From an uncultured Candidatus Binatia bacterium (GTDB lineage: Bacteria; Desulfobacterota; Binatia; UBA9968; JAJDTQ01), in NCBI GenBank assembly GCA_965242525.1, contig OZ251459.1:768001-832000 (forward strand): a stretch of DNA of 64,000 bases, written 5' to 3'. Both the position numbers and the translations under genes were made by a program. The notes under the pieces were generated by a model. It made no database searches. It had not been told where the DNA came from and worked only from the letters and a program-made list of their open reading frames with translations. Each line of letters starts with the position of its first letter. Position 1 is the first letter of the stretch. Positions 44,149-53,731 of the stretch are shown in pieces.

Positions 44149-44187
44149 TAGGTTGAGTAATTTTACTCAAACAGGTGGGAAGTTCAA
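44141..44187 (-). promoter_or_regulatory. Promoter overlapped by palindromic operator for the AAA ATPase gene
   Basis: TTGAAC-16nt-TAAAAT; inverted repeat TTGAGTAA-TT-TTACTCAA (44153-44170) plus third half-site over the ATG. Confidence 0.7.
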
Positions 44188-44351
44188 GCCTCAGGGACAA
44201 CTTGAAGGCGGAACATGGGAACATGAGACCGCTGGCGGTTGCCTGCCCGGCATAGCTTCACCAGAAGCTACACGGTCTGCCTCCCTCGTCCCACGCCTGC
44301 TGCGGGTGCGCGGTCCATCTGGTAAACTGGCGAGGTTGAGATGGAAGACAA

Positions 44352-44477
44352 GGAAACTCGGAACAACGCCCCTCCCCCCGTTCGTCCTGAGCGTAGCGAA
44401 GCGAAGTCGAAGGACGCGCTTTTCCATAGGGAGAGGGAACGGGGAGGGAACTCAAGCCGGAATGGACCAGGAGTTCC
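44352..44477. mobile_element. MITE-like element beta
   Basis: ACAA|GGAAACTCGGAACAAC ... reverse core ... GGACCAGGAGTTCC|ATAA (flanks 3/4 identical). Confidence 0.72.
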
Positions 44478-44491
44478 ATAAGGAGGACGCC

Positions 44492-44860
44492 ATGGGGGAA
44501 CGACAGCCGCGTTACAGCAAAGAGGAGTTCGCCCGGCGCGGTCAGGCGATCTACGAGAAGCGCGTGAGGGCACGGGTGGAAGAAGGCAACCGCGGCAAGA
44601 TCGTGGCGATTGACGTGGAGACCGGGGAGTTCGAGGTGGGGGAGGACACGCTTACCGCCTGCGACCAACTCCTTGCGCGGTGTCCGGATGCACAGCCGTG
44701 GTTGGTCCGCATCGGGCGCCGTGCTGTACATCGGTTCGGGCACTCTCATGCCGGCAGCGCCGATAGGGAAGGGGTCAATCGCCGGCCGCTCGCGGTTGTT
44801 TGTGCTTACTCCAGATTTCCTCGATCTGCTCGTGCTCTAAGACCTTCTGGACTACCTTGA
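44492..44860 (+). CDS. Small conserved hypothetical protein (DUF5678-like, putative TA-type partner)
   Basis: RBS AAGGAGG; EEFARRGQAIYE...GKIVAIDVETG...RIG; C-terminus runs into the opposite-strand gene. Confidence 0.6.
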   Translation: MGERQPRYSKEEFARRGQAIYEKRVRARVEEGNRGKIVAIDVETGEFEVGEDTLTACDQLLARCPDAQPWLVRIGRRAVHRFGHSHAGSADREGVNRRPLAVVCAYSRFPRSARALRPSGLP

Positions 44861-45849
44861 TTGCCTTCTGGGAGTACCGTTTGTGCACTGTTTTGCCAAT
44901 TTTGATTTCCTTGTAGTAGTCAGGTTGAGAGCGAAGTTTTATATGGTCAATCACGGCAAGAACTTTTGGCATCGTCAGACCAACATGGTCGGCAAGTTGC
45001 TTAGCCCCAAGGTTATAGTAGTCGAGTTCATTTACACGTTTCACGGCAACCACGGGAGCGCCTGGAGTCCCTTCCTCAACAACTTGGATCGGCATACCTT
45101 TCTTTTTTTTCGAATCGGAGGGAAAGTTTGGGAGCAACTCCATCAGTGGTGATTTCGACCGCGGCCACGCCAGAAAATATATCACTCCAAGCTTTTCCAG
45201 TCATGAGATTCTCACCCAGCCGTCTGAGCTCTCGGTCACTAGGCTGACTATTTTCCCCACGAATGGCGCTGTCTAGGATTGCGAGAGGGCGCAATCTGGC
45301 TAAGGCTTCAATTTGACGCCGTCGGCCCGGGCTTAACAGTTTCTTAACCTCAACAAGCTCGGATTCAAAGAGGGTTATGAGATCGGTCGGAGGTGACGTT
45401 GAAACCGGAAGTATGCGTGAGGGTAGGTGGCTGGCAAGCTCTTGATCGAAGACGCTCTTCAAGAGGTCTCGGAACAGCGTCACCCCCGATTGGATATGGA
45501 CATAGAGTTGTCCCTCGGAGATGTCCAACAGGTAGTGTTGGGCGGCATCTCGAAGACAACGGATCGTCTGAAGTACAAGGGCTTGCGAGTCGGATAGGTA
45601 CTTGATCTTACCGTCGGTTAAAGACCGTCGTACGCAAACGTTGAAAACAATGGTTTCTTTGGCTCGCTTATCGCGGATCCTACCGCCCCGTTGTAGAATT
45701 GCAGCCTTCATCAGCATCTCGAAGCCATGATCGAGTTGGATAAGTGTGCTGCTGACCCGTCCCTGGTCGTGTGGTCGGTTGAAGAGCTCGATCGACAAGA
45801 CAAGAGCATCGCATGCTTTCGCAAGAAGGAGTTTTACTTCTCGTTTCAT
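44775..45849 (-). pseudogene. DUF3644-like protein split by a one-base frameshift at an A8 tract
   Basis: ORF 45076-45849 (SIELFNRP...LRDAAQH) and ORF 44775-45185 join at ...LRFEKK/KKGMPIQVV; T8 on + strand at 45103-45110. Confidence 0.7.
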
Positions 45850-46005
45850 ATGTGCACCCTCAGATATTTCCTTATTTTTACGGAGGCAAAGTTTGCAAGG
45901 TACTGATTTGCCCCATCTTTAACCGGACACCATTGATGGAACAACAAGTCATCAACAAGTCTTCGCCATCATCTAACCTTCAAAATGAGGAGGTATTTTG
46001 AGGTG

Positions 46006-46770
46006 TCATGCGGCAAGTTCCTCACGTGACTCATCCCGGGCTGACCATGGAATCGGATGCACGTCATAATTGCGCATGGCTGCGAGCACGTTTTCCGAAA
46101 TCGGGTTTTCCGTGTCGTTGAGGAGCGCATAGGCGCGGCAGTCCGGCGGACGCACCTCTTTCGTGTCAACCCATGAAAAGGCAAGCGCCTGTGCGGTATC
46201 GCGGCTTGGGCGGTTGATGGTCCGTAGAACCCGCTCCGGCTGGATCCTTGACTTGGGTATGACGAAGTCGAATCGATGATCGTAACCGCTCTTGCCGGAA
46301 AACTTGACGTTCGGCGCATATCGAATATCGGCAAGGTCCAGCCACGACACCACGTCTTCATAGAACAGGCTGGCGACGACGGGTGAAGCCAGGTAGAACA
46401 GGTCGCTGACGGCGAGCATCGCCTGTACCAGGTTGTGTTTGCGCAACGCAAAGTTGTCGGACGAAGCTCGAATTTCGAGGGTTTTTTCCCTCATCTGTAC
46501 GCCGAAACCGTTGAGGGTCGTTTTCAGCAGCTCGCGCCTCTTCCCGCCGTCGATCTTGCAGCCTGATTGCTCCATGTCGTTGACGATGTAGCCGTCGTCG
46601 GTCAATACGAATCCTCCATTGGAGCGTTTGGCGTAGATCTGGAGGCAATCGTTATGATGATCCAGGTACGGAGTGGTGATCTCGGTCCAGTCGCCGACCT
46701 CGCGGAGACTCGTTCGATCCCGCAGCCAGGCCCAATACCGATCCAGCAGGGATTGAATTTCGTCAGTCAT
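46006..46770 (-). CDS. DUF1828/DUF1829-like protein (C-terminal nuclease-like domain)
   Basis: [30 protein letters not shown]. Confidence 0.8.
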   Translation of the reverse strand: MTDEIQSLLDRYWAWLRDRTSLREVGDWTEITTPYLDHHNDCLQIYAKRSNGGFVLTDDGYIVNDMEQSGCKIDGGKRRELLKTTLNGFGVQMREKTLEIRASSDNFALRKHNLVQAMLAVSDLFYLASPVVASLFYEDVVSWLDLADIRYAPNVKFSGKSGYDHRFDFVIPKSRIQPERVLRTINRPSRDTAQALAFSWVDTKEVRPPDCRAYALLNDTENPISENVLAAMRNYDVHPIPWSARDESREELAA

Positions 46771-47000
46771 GTGAAGAGACCTCGTCGAATCACGGGCGGT
46801 TCCACGACGTGACAATACCGCATGAAGTCCTGGAGGGTTTGCCACGCGTCATGCAGGTTTGGAAAATCATCGTCGGGCACCGGGAGCGCCCATCTATCGC
46901 CAAACCCCTCACGGTAAAGGTGCAGGTGGGGTGACCGGATTTTTTCGCCGTCGGGGTTGCGGTGCGACACCCGGCCGAAGTCCAGCCGGGCAAGCACCAC
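46767..47000 (-). pseudogene. DUF6978-like gene, apparently 5'-truncated next to a palindrome pair
   Basis: LARLD...HRNPDGE...[15 protein letters not shown]; ATGA overlap with the downstream gene; no convincing N-terminus. Confidence 0.6.
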
Positions 47001-47042
47001 GATCTGCCGTCCCTGCCATCATTCCCGCAGACGCCCACCCCC

Positions 47043-47240
47043 GTCATTCCCGCGAAAGCGGGAATCCAGCATCATCGCTCTCGTTGTACCAACCTCTCCA
47101 GTTTTCCATGCCCCTTCCGCTTCCTGATCGCCTTTTCTCTACGGACAGCGCTTCCATGGATTCAGGAACCTCGTGCCAAACCAACCGGTGCCTGGATTCC
47201 CGCCCCCGCTTCAGCGAGGACATGCTTTCGCGGGAATGAC
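47043..47240. repeat. Inverted pair of dRS3-like palindromes (second copy has an insertion in its loop)
   Basis: GTCATTCCCGCGAAAGCGGGAATCCAG at 47043; CTGGATTCCC...GCTTTCGCGGGAATGAC 47192-47240. Confidence 0.8.
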
Positions 47241-47272
47241 AGGGCAAGTGTCCGCAACGCCTGCCTCCCGGC

Positions 47273-49132
47273 TTACTGTCTGCCTGCACCACGGCCGGAA
47301 GTTTCCTGTAGTTCTGCTCCCGGAATGCGGATTCGGCCGGAAACGAGCTCAGGCAGCAGGGTATCTCGCAGGGCGGCCAGAGTGCAGGACTCGCGTTGGT
47401 TTGCCTCTATTCGATCCAGAAACGGCCCGCATACCCTTCCGAAAGCGTCCCTTATTTTGCCAGAGGGCAGAGTGATCTCGGTTGCGCTCACAACCTGGGG
47501 CCGGACCGCGGGATACGCAGTCCCATCGGCCACATGGGCCAAGCGCCTGATGTTCTCAGGCGCCGTGGCGTAACCCCAAACCAGCGCTCGATCCCTCGGC
47601 AGGATCGGGCGTAGAACGGCGAAGCCCGTGCTTCCCGTCAGGCCATCCCTGCCGATGAAGGCATAAGACCCGTTTCCAGGTCGGACCGTCCCCAAGATCG
47701 TGTCCCCGGTTCTCAATACACGTTTCGCCCGGCTCGGGGCGTCTTGCCATTCATGGGTTTCGTACTTCTCTATGGTCCCCCATTTCGTGTTCGACAGATC
47801 GACGTAAACGATGGTTTCAGGGGCGTTTCGTGCGGTCCACGCTTCCGGATTCAGCAAAGCAACTGTACTGAGTGTCATCTCTTCCCATCCCTCCGGCATC
47901 ATCCTCCCCGACTCCGACGCCGCGAAGCTATCCGGGAACAGCGCCGCAATCTCCGGTTCCATCCGGTCCAGATACGCCCGAGCGCGCTCGGCTGTCCAGT
48001 CGCCCCCCTTGGGAAGGGGTAGTGGCGTCTGGTTTTCCCCCACCGGCTCAACTGCGGGCCGGCGCCCTTGTCTCGTTGACTCCCCCTCAAGGGATGAGTG
48101 ATCGGAGGGCGCAGCTTTTGTTGCTGGGGTGGAGTTTCCCCGAGGAGGGATCGGATCGGCGGCGTGACGTTTCAGGGCGGCCTTGGCTTGGACGGGATCG
48201 AAATCGACGAACCATGACTGGAACAGCGCCCGCGCCATGGATTCCAGTGTCTCGTTCATGCGCCGGTTCAACTCGATCTTGTCGTCCAGCGCGCCCAGGA
48301 TATGGGCGATGGCGCGCTGTTCGGGGAGAGGCGGAATCGTGACCACAAGATGGTCCAGGGCCTTGGTAGGTACTCTCTGGCGTCCAGATGTGCCGGTCAT
48401 CTGACCGATAGCGTAGTGGCGGACCTCTTCCCATTGTGTCAAATAGTAGGCAAACTCGTGGTCGGTAACGTCCGGGCGTCCTCGGATGACGATGAACTCC
48501 GTTGAGCCATGTGCAGGGTCCGTTGGATCAGGATCGCAGTAGCGGGCGATCTTGCCGTTCTCCAAGCAAGGTGTGATCCGGGCCATGAGGGTGTCGCCAC
48601 TCCGAAAGCGTGTCCCGCCGCCTGAGTAAACGCGTCGTTCCAGTGCATATGCAGACCGGGAACTTGCGTTGACGGTGGCCATGTCAACGAATGGATAGGC
48701 TTTCCCGCGTTCGAGACGGACCGGAGGATTGATCTGTACCGCGTCGCTAAACCGTATCATGGGCCACTCACTCGCGGCATCCCGCTTTTCCTTCTCTATC
48801 AACACCACATACCCCCGCTCGATCTCCGGATGAAAGCCCTTCGGCAGGCGTGCCCAGTCGTGGGCTTCCACCAGAAAGGGGATGTTGGACTCGCGCAGGG
48901 CTTCCCGGAAATCTGCCACCTGTCCGATTGGAATCTTTTGCAGGTCGGGGCTGCGCAAGACCAGGTCCAGGTCGCTTCCGTCATGGCTTTGGCCGTTCAC
49001 GCGGCTGCCGTAGGCCCATGCTTCGATGCCGGGCAGGTGTTCCCGCAGCAGGGCTACCAGCATTTCCCGATGCCGGGGCAATAGGTGCAGCCTGTCGGCT
49101 GGCAGGACCGGGTTGGTGTGCGGCTTACTCAT
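47273..49132 (-). CDS. hsdS: Type I RM specificity subunit fused to an N-terminal minimal nucleotidyltransferase (MNT) domain
   Basis: AYGSRVNGQSHDGSDLDL (GSx10DxD); PPLPEQRAIAHILGALDDKIELN, ARITPCLENGK, LAALRDTLLPELVSG. Confidence 0.88.
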   Translation of the reverse strand: MSKPHTNPVLPADRLHLLPRHREMLVALLREHLPGIEAWAYGSRVNGQSHDGSDLDLVLRSPDLQKIPIGQVADFREALRESNIPFLVEAHDWARLPKGFHPEIERGYVVLIEKEKRDAASEWPMIRFSDAVQINPPVRLERGKAYPFVDMATVNASSRSAYALERRVYSGGGTRFRSGDTLMARITPCLENGKIARYCDPDPTDPAHGSTEFIVIRGRPDVTDHEFAYYLTQWEEVRHYAIGQMTGTSGRQRVPTKALDHLVVTIPPLPEQRAIAHILGALDDKIELNRRMNETLESMARALFQSWFVDFDPVQAKAALKRHAADPIPPRGNSTPATKAAPSDHSSLEGESTRQGRRPAVEPVGENQTPLPLPKGGDWTAERARAYLDRMEPEIAALFPDSFAASESGRMMPEGWEEMTLSTVALLNPEAWTARNAPETIVYVDLSNTKWGTIEKYETHEWQDAPSRAKRVLRTGDTILGTVRPGNGSYAFIGRDGLTGSTGFAVLRPILPRDRALVWGYATAPENIRRLAHVADGTAYPAVRPQVVSATEITLPSGKIRDAFGRVCGPFLDRIEANQRESCTLAALRDTLLPELVSGRIRIPGAELQETSGRGAGRQ

Positions 49133-49258
49133 GGTCCGCTTCCTCGAGCGGGGCGGCAGATTTCGTAGGCGATCCCCTCTGCTTCGCCCCTTTCAAGGGG
49201 CTTGAAGGCGGCTTCCAGCGTGTCAATGCAGCGCCTCAGAGTCGGTGTCGATGGTCAT
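49129..49258 (-). pseudogene. HI0074-type HEPN (nucleotidyltransferase substrate-binding) gene remnant
   Basis: MTIDTD, frameshift, LRRCIDTLEAAFKPLERGEAEGIAYEICR, then joins the MNT-hsdS start; most of the gene missing. Confidence 0.6.
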
Positions 49259-49371
49259 GGCCGGCGTCAGGGCGTCGGTATACGGCTCATGTGCAACTAA
49301 CGATTCCTCGAAGCCCGACATGTCTCCTCTCCAATCGACGATACCGGACAACGGGAACCAGTGGATGGCTG

Positions 49372-49593
49372 TTACGGACCGGTCGGTTTGCCCTGTTTCT
49401 GCTGTTCCTTCTCCCACTGCTCAGCCGCTTGGGGGGTGGTACGATAGCCAACTTGCTTGATGTGTCCCTTCTCCCAGCCTTTCTTGCTCCGATGTTCCGC
49501 TTCGCGGCGATCAATGTCGTTGGTGATGCCCGCTTGGACAATCTTGTTGCCCAACTTGAAGTAATACTTGTACATGATCCTGTCGGTCGCCAT
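49372..49593 (-). CDS. Minimal GIY-YIG-like protein (73 aa)
   Basis: YKY...VQAGITNDIDRREAEH...AEQWE; RBS AAGGAGGT. Confidence 0.6.
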   Translation of the reverse strand: MATDRIMYKYYFKLGNKIVQAGITNDIDRREAEHRSKKGWEKGHIKQVGYRTTPQAAEQWEKEQQKQGKPTGP

Positions 49594-49604
49594 GCGACAC
49601 CTCC

Positions 49605-50081
49605 TTACTCAAGTTCTTTGCTCAAGGAATAACAACACCGTGCGAATCTGTCAAAGTCCAGTTCAGCACGGGTTGGCCGTGGATCAGTCTTTTGTTTTCG
49701 CGGTCTTCCTCGTATCGTGATCGTTCCTCTGTGGAACCCGTGGTCCGGGTCGTGCGGGACTATTTCCACAGCATGGATGATGGAATTACATGCCTGTCGA
49801 AACAGGAGGTTTTTTGCCTGCCCTGGATATGCCGGCCAGTATCGTCCACATCTTTCGTCGTTGATGAGGGCGGGTTTGAGGTCGAGAAACTGGCGTGTGG
49901 CGGTAGCGATCAAGATCAGTAGTCGGTTTACTTCCGTTTCATGGTTGATTTTCGATAGCTCTTTGAACTGTTCATCAGCGGCTACCTTTTCGTCAGCCAG
50001 TAACAAGACGATCAGTTGATACAGATCCCGGCGATAGGACAAGACGTTGACGAGTGTTTGCTCGTCATTGTGAACCGGCAT
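49605..50081 (-). CDS. Hypothetical protein with HEPN-like RxxxNxxxH motif
   Basis: LLFRQACNSIIHA; lower GC; directly after hsdM. Confidence 0.55.
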   Translation of the reverse strand: MPVHNDEQTLVNVLSYRRDLYQLIVLLLADEKVAADEQFKELSKINHETEVNRLLILIATATRQFLDLKPALINDERCGRYWPAYPGQAKNLLFRQACNSIIHAVEIVPHDPDHGFHRGTITIRGRPRKQKTDPRPTRAELDFDRFARCCYSLSKELE

Positions 50082-50091
50082 GGTGGTCCCT

Positions 50092-51669
50092 CTATCGTTG
50101 GCCGCCGAATCCGAGACGCTCCAGGTTCTCGGCGATGGCGGCGTCGAGCCGCGCGCCTTCGGGCTGCTGGGTGCGCAGGTCAACGGCCAGCCGCTTCATC
50201 TTTTCCTCGAACGGTTCGCCGTCGTCCTGCTGCGCTTCCGCGTCCACGTAGCGGCCCGGGGTGAGCACGTGGCCGTACCTGCGGACGTCCTCCAGGGAAG
50301 CGCTTTTGCAGAAGCCGGGGACGTCGGCGTAAGGGGGGATGTCGGCAGCCCCGCTGCGCCAGGCGTGGTAGGTGGCGGCGATGTGGGTGATGTCGTCGTC
50401 CGTCAGTTCCCGGTGGGTGCTATCGACCATGCGGCCGAGCTTGCGGGCGTCGATGAACAGGATTTCGCCCCGGCGGTCGCGGAACCGGCCGTTGCCGCGG
50501 TCCCGGGCCAGGAACCACAGGCAGGCAGGGATCTGGGTCGAGTAGAAGAGTTGGCCGGGTAGGTCGATCACGCAGTCCACCAAGTCGGCTTCGACCAGGT
50601 TCTTGCGGATCTCGCCTCCGCCGGGCTGTCCGGCCGACAGGGATCCCTTGGCGAGCACGAAGCCGGCCGTGCCCGCGGGCGCCAAGTGGTGGACCATGTG
50701 TTGCATCCAGGCGAAGTTGGCGTTGCCTATGGGAGGCGCGCCGTAACGCCAGCGCTTGTCGTCGGTGAGGCGCTCGCCGCCCCATTCCGAGACGTTGAAG
50801 GGCGGGTTGGCGAGGATGAAGTCGGCCTTGAGGTCGGGGTGGCGGTCGTCGTGGAAGCTGTCGCCGTGGGCGATCTGTCCCTCGATGCCGCGGATGGCGA
50901 GGTTCATCTTGGCTAGCCGCCAAGTCGTATAGTTGGACTCCTGGCCGTAGATGGAGATGTCGCTGTGTGTGCGGCCCCCGTTGCCGTTGCCGCTGGCGTG
51001 GGCGCGGATGAACTCCACCGACTGCACGAACATGCCGGACGAGCCGCAGCACGGGTCATAGACCCGGCCCCGGTAGGGCTCCAGCATCTCCACCAGCAGC
51101 TTGACCACGCAGCGCGGTGTGTAGAACTCGCCGGCCCTCTTGCCTTCGGCGCTGGCGAACTGGGACAGGAAATACTCGTACACGCGCCCGAGCACGTCCC
51201 TGGACCGGGCCTCCTGGTCGCCCACCCGGATGTTGCTGATGAGGTCGATCAACTGGCCGAGCCGCTGCTTGTCGAGGGCGGGCCGGGCGTAGTCCTTGGG
51301 CAGCACGTCCTTGAGAGCGGGATTGTCGCGCTCGATGCCGCTCATGGCCCGGTCCACGAGCTGGCCGACCGCGGCCTGCCGGGCCTGCGCCTTGAGTCGG
51401 GTCCAGCGCGCCTCGGGCGGCACCCAGAATATGTTCTCGGCGCGGTACTCGTCCGGGTCCTCCGGGTCGGCGCCCCCTGCCTTTTCGCCCACCAGGCGCG
51501 CGTGCATCTCCTCGAAGGCGTCGGAGATGTATTTCAGGAAGACCAGGCCGAGGACCACGTGCTTGTATTCCGCGGCGTCCATGTTGCCGCGCAAGGTGTC
51601 GGCCATGAGCCACAGCTCGGCCTCGTAGCCGGTGGTGGCGCCCTGGGTCGTGGTGTGCGTTTCCGCCAT
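50092..51669 (-). CDS. hsdM: Type I RM methyltransferase subunit M
   Basis: [19 protein letters not shown]. Confidence 0.95.
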   Translation of the reverse strand: MAETHTTTQGATTGYEAELWLMADTLRGNMDAAEYKHVVLGLVFLKYISDAFEEMHARLVGEKAGGADPEDPDEYRAENIFWVPPEARWTRLKAQARQAAVGQLVDRAMSGIERDNPALKDVLPKDYARPALDKQRLGQLIDLISNIRVGDQEARSRDVLGRVYEYFLSQFASAEGKRAGEFYTPRCVVKLLVEMLEPYRGRVYDPCCGSSGMFVQSVEFIRAHASGNGNGGRTHSDISIYGQESNYTTWRLAKMNLAIRGIEGQIAHGDSFHDDRHPDLKADFILANPPFNVSEWGGERLTDDKRWRYGAPPIGNANFAWMQHMVHHLAPAGTAGFVLAKGSLSAGQPGGGEIRKNLVEADLVDCVIDLPGQLFYSTQIPACLWFLARDRGNGRFRDRRGEILFIDARKLGRMVDSTHRELTDDDITHIAATYHAWRSGAADIPPYADVPGFCKSASLEDVRRYGHVLTPGRYVDAEAQQDDGEPFEEKMKRLAVDLRTQQPEGARLDAAIAENLERLGFGGQR

Positions 51670-51759
51670 GGACAGTCCTTTCGCGTTCCGGGCCTTGCGG
51701 CAGCGGAGAAGAGGCTTCGAGTCGTCGGGCCTGCTCGCCGCATAGGGCAGGTGCTTCGT

Positions 51760-51787
51760 AATATAGACTACGGGAGACTCTGTTCAA
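51760..51787 (-). promoter_or_regulatory. Candidate hsdM promoter
   Basis: TTGAAC-16nt-TATATT. Confidence 0.45.
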
Positions 51788-51789
51788 GG

Positions 51790-52032
51790 GCGCGTCCTTC
51801 GACTTCGCTTCGCTACGCTCAGGACGAACGGGGATGGACTCCCGCACGTCGCGCTGGCGCGTCGCGCCGAATGGGGATGGATTCCCGCTTTCGCGGGAAT
51901 GACGGAGTGGGCTTTTGCGGGAATGAGGGGGAATGACGGCGTGGGGTCTTGCGGGAATAAGAGGGTGGACCTCCGCCCTTGCTGGTGCGGATTGCCCTTG
52001 CTGGTGCGGATTGAGCGTGCCGGTGCGGATTG
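51790..52032. repeat. Repeat cluster: lone MITE core (51790-51832), dRS3-like palindrome (51878-51903) with degenerate partial copies, 19-bp tandem x3 (51976-52032)
   Basis: Direct reading; tandem unit CCCTTGCTGGTGCGGATTG. Confidence 0.75.
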
Positions 52033-52170
52033 GGCGCGCATTGAAAACCTTCGGTGGATCGGATAGTTTCCGTGGCGTTCCGTCCACTAGGAGTCGGAGA
52101 GCGTTCGTGGTGAAGCTGACGTGGTGGAACAACGCCGTCGTTCCGTCCATGATGAGTCGGGGAGCGTTCT

Positions 52171-53379
52171 GTGGAGAAGCCGAAGGTCGTTCTGGGGGTC
52201 GCCGGGGGAATCGCCTGCTACAAGGCGCTGGAGGTCGTGAGGCTCCTGGTGCAGGAGCCTTGCTCCGTCCGGGTGGTGATGACCAGGGCGGCTGCGGAGT
52301 TCGTCACGCCCCTGAGCTTCCAGACCCTTTCGGGGGAGCCCGTGGCCACCGACCTCTTCAGCCTGACCCAGGAGTCCGAGATCGGCCACATCCACCTGGC
52401 GGACAGCGCCGACCTGCTGGTGGTGGCGCCGGCCACCGCCAACGTGGTGGCCAAGCTCGCCGCGGGCATTGCCGACGACGTCCTCACCACCGTGGCGCTG
52501 GCCACCCGGGCGCCCTTGCTGGTGGCGCCCTCCATGAACGTGCACATGCTGGCCCATCCCATGGTGCAGGCGAACCTGGAGAAGCTCCGGAGCGTCGGCT
52601 GCCACGTCATGGAGGCCGGGGCCGGCTACTTGGCGTGCGGCTACGAAGGCAAGGGCCGTCTCCCGGAGCCCGCGGCCATCGTCGAGGAGGTGCGCCGGCT
52701 GCTCCGGCCCGGGGACCTGGCCGGCGAGCGGGTCGTGGTCACCGCGGGCCCCAGCCGGGAGCCGTTGGACCCGGTGCGCTTCTTCTCCAACCGCTCCTCG
52801 GGGAAGATGGGTTACGCCCTGGCGCGGGCGGCCGCCCGGCGCGGCGCCCAGGTGGCGCTGGTGAGCGGCCCCACGGCGCTGGCGCCTCCCGCGGGCGTCC
52901 GCACGGTGCCGGTGGTGACGGCCGACGAGATGCGCGAGGCGGTGCTGGCGGAGTTCGACGCGGCCACCGCGGTCTTCATGGCCGCGGCGGTGGCGGACTA
53001 TCGTCCGCGTTCCGCGTCGAAGCACAAGATGAAGCGGGGCGGCGAAGCCATCCGCGTGGAGTTCGTCCCCAACCCCGACATCCTGGCGGAACTGGGAGCG
53101 CGGAAACGGGGCCAAGTGGTGGTGGGGTTCGCCGCGGAGACCGAGGCGCTGGTGGAGAACGCCCGCTCGAAGCTCCACCGGAAGAACCTCGACCTGCTGG
53201 TGGCCAACGACGTCACCCGGGAAGACAGCGGCTTCGACGTGGACACCAACGCGGTGACGCTGCTGGACCGGGACGGGACCGCGACCCCCTTGCCTCTCAT
53301 GAGCAAGGACGCCCTGGCCGACCGGCTCTGCGACTGGTTCGTCGAGTACCGGGGCGACGCCCGGCGCCGCGAGGCCTGA
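52171..53379 (+). CDS. coaBC: Phosphopantothenoylcysteine decarboxylase/ligase
   Basis: GGIACYKA, APATAN, PSMN, LACG..GKGRL, SNRSSGKMG, GFAAET. Confidence 0.95.
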   Translation: MEKPKVVLGVAGGIACYKALEVVRLLVQEPCSVRVVMTRAAAEFVTPLSFQTLSGEPVATDLFSLTQESEIGHIHLADSADLLVVAPATANVVAKLAAGIADDVLTTVALATRAPLLVAPSMNVHMLAHPMVQANLEKLRSVGCHVMEAGAGYLACGYEGKGRLPEPAAIVEEVRRLLRPGDLAGERVVVTAGPSREPLDPVRFFSNRSSGKMGYALARAAARRGAQVALVSGPTALAPPAGVRTVPVVTADEMREAVLAEFDAATAVFMAAAVADYRPRSASKHKMKRGGEAIRVEFVPNPDILAELGARKRGQVVVGFAAETEALVENARSKLHRKNLDLLVANDVTREDSGFDVDTNAVTLLDRDGTATPLPLMSKDALADRLCDWFVEYRGDARRREA

Positions 53380-53564
53380 CGCGGCCGCGGTCCTGGCGCC
53401 CTGACGAGGCGCGGCGTCCGGGATGCGGGCAGGATGCCCGCGCTCCCAGGGAACCCTGGGTCCCTGGCGAGGCGCGGCAGTCCGCAAGGGGTCGTGGCAG
53501 CGCCAGGGGCGGGTGCTTCCGTGCTCTTGGCCAGACGTTGCCATGCCGCCGGTATTGTCGTAAA

Positions 53565-53673
53565 GGAAACTCTGGGCAACGATCCTCCGTTCGTCCTGAG
53601 CGTAGCGAAGCGAAGTCGAAGGACGCGCTTTCCCGGGGGAGAGGGACTCGAGGCGGAATGGACCGGACGTTCC
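53565..53673. mobile_element. MITE-like element beta
   Basis: TAAA|GGAAACTCTGGGCAAC ... reverse core ... GGACCGGACGTTCC|TGAA. Confidence 0.72.
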
Positions 53674-53731
53674 TGAACGAGGATCATCGGAACGGGGATC
53701 ATCGGAATCGAAGTTCGATGGCGTTACCGGC

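Noticed and set aside
45099-45112. Programmed -1 ribosomal frameshift at A_AAA_AAG
   Set aside because: Joining the two ORFs needs a +1 shift (loss of one base), not -1
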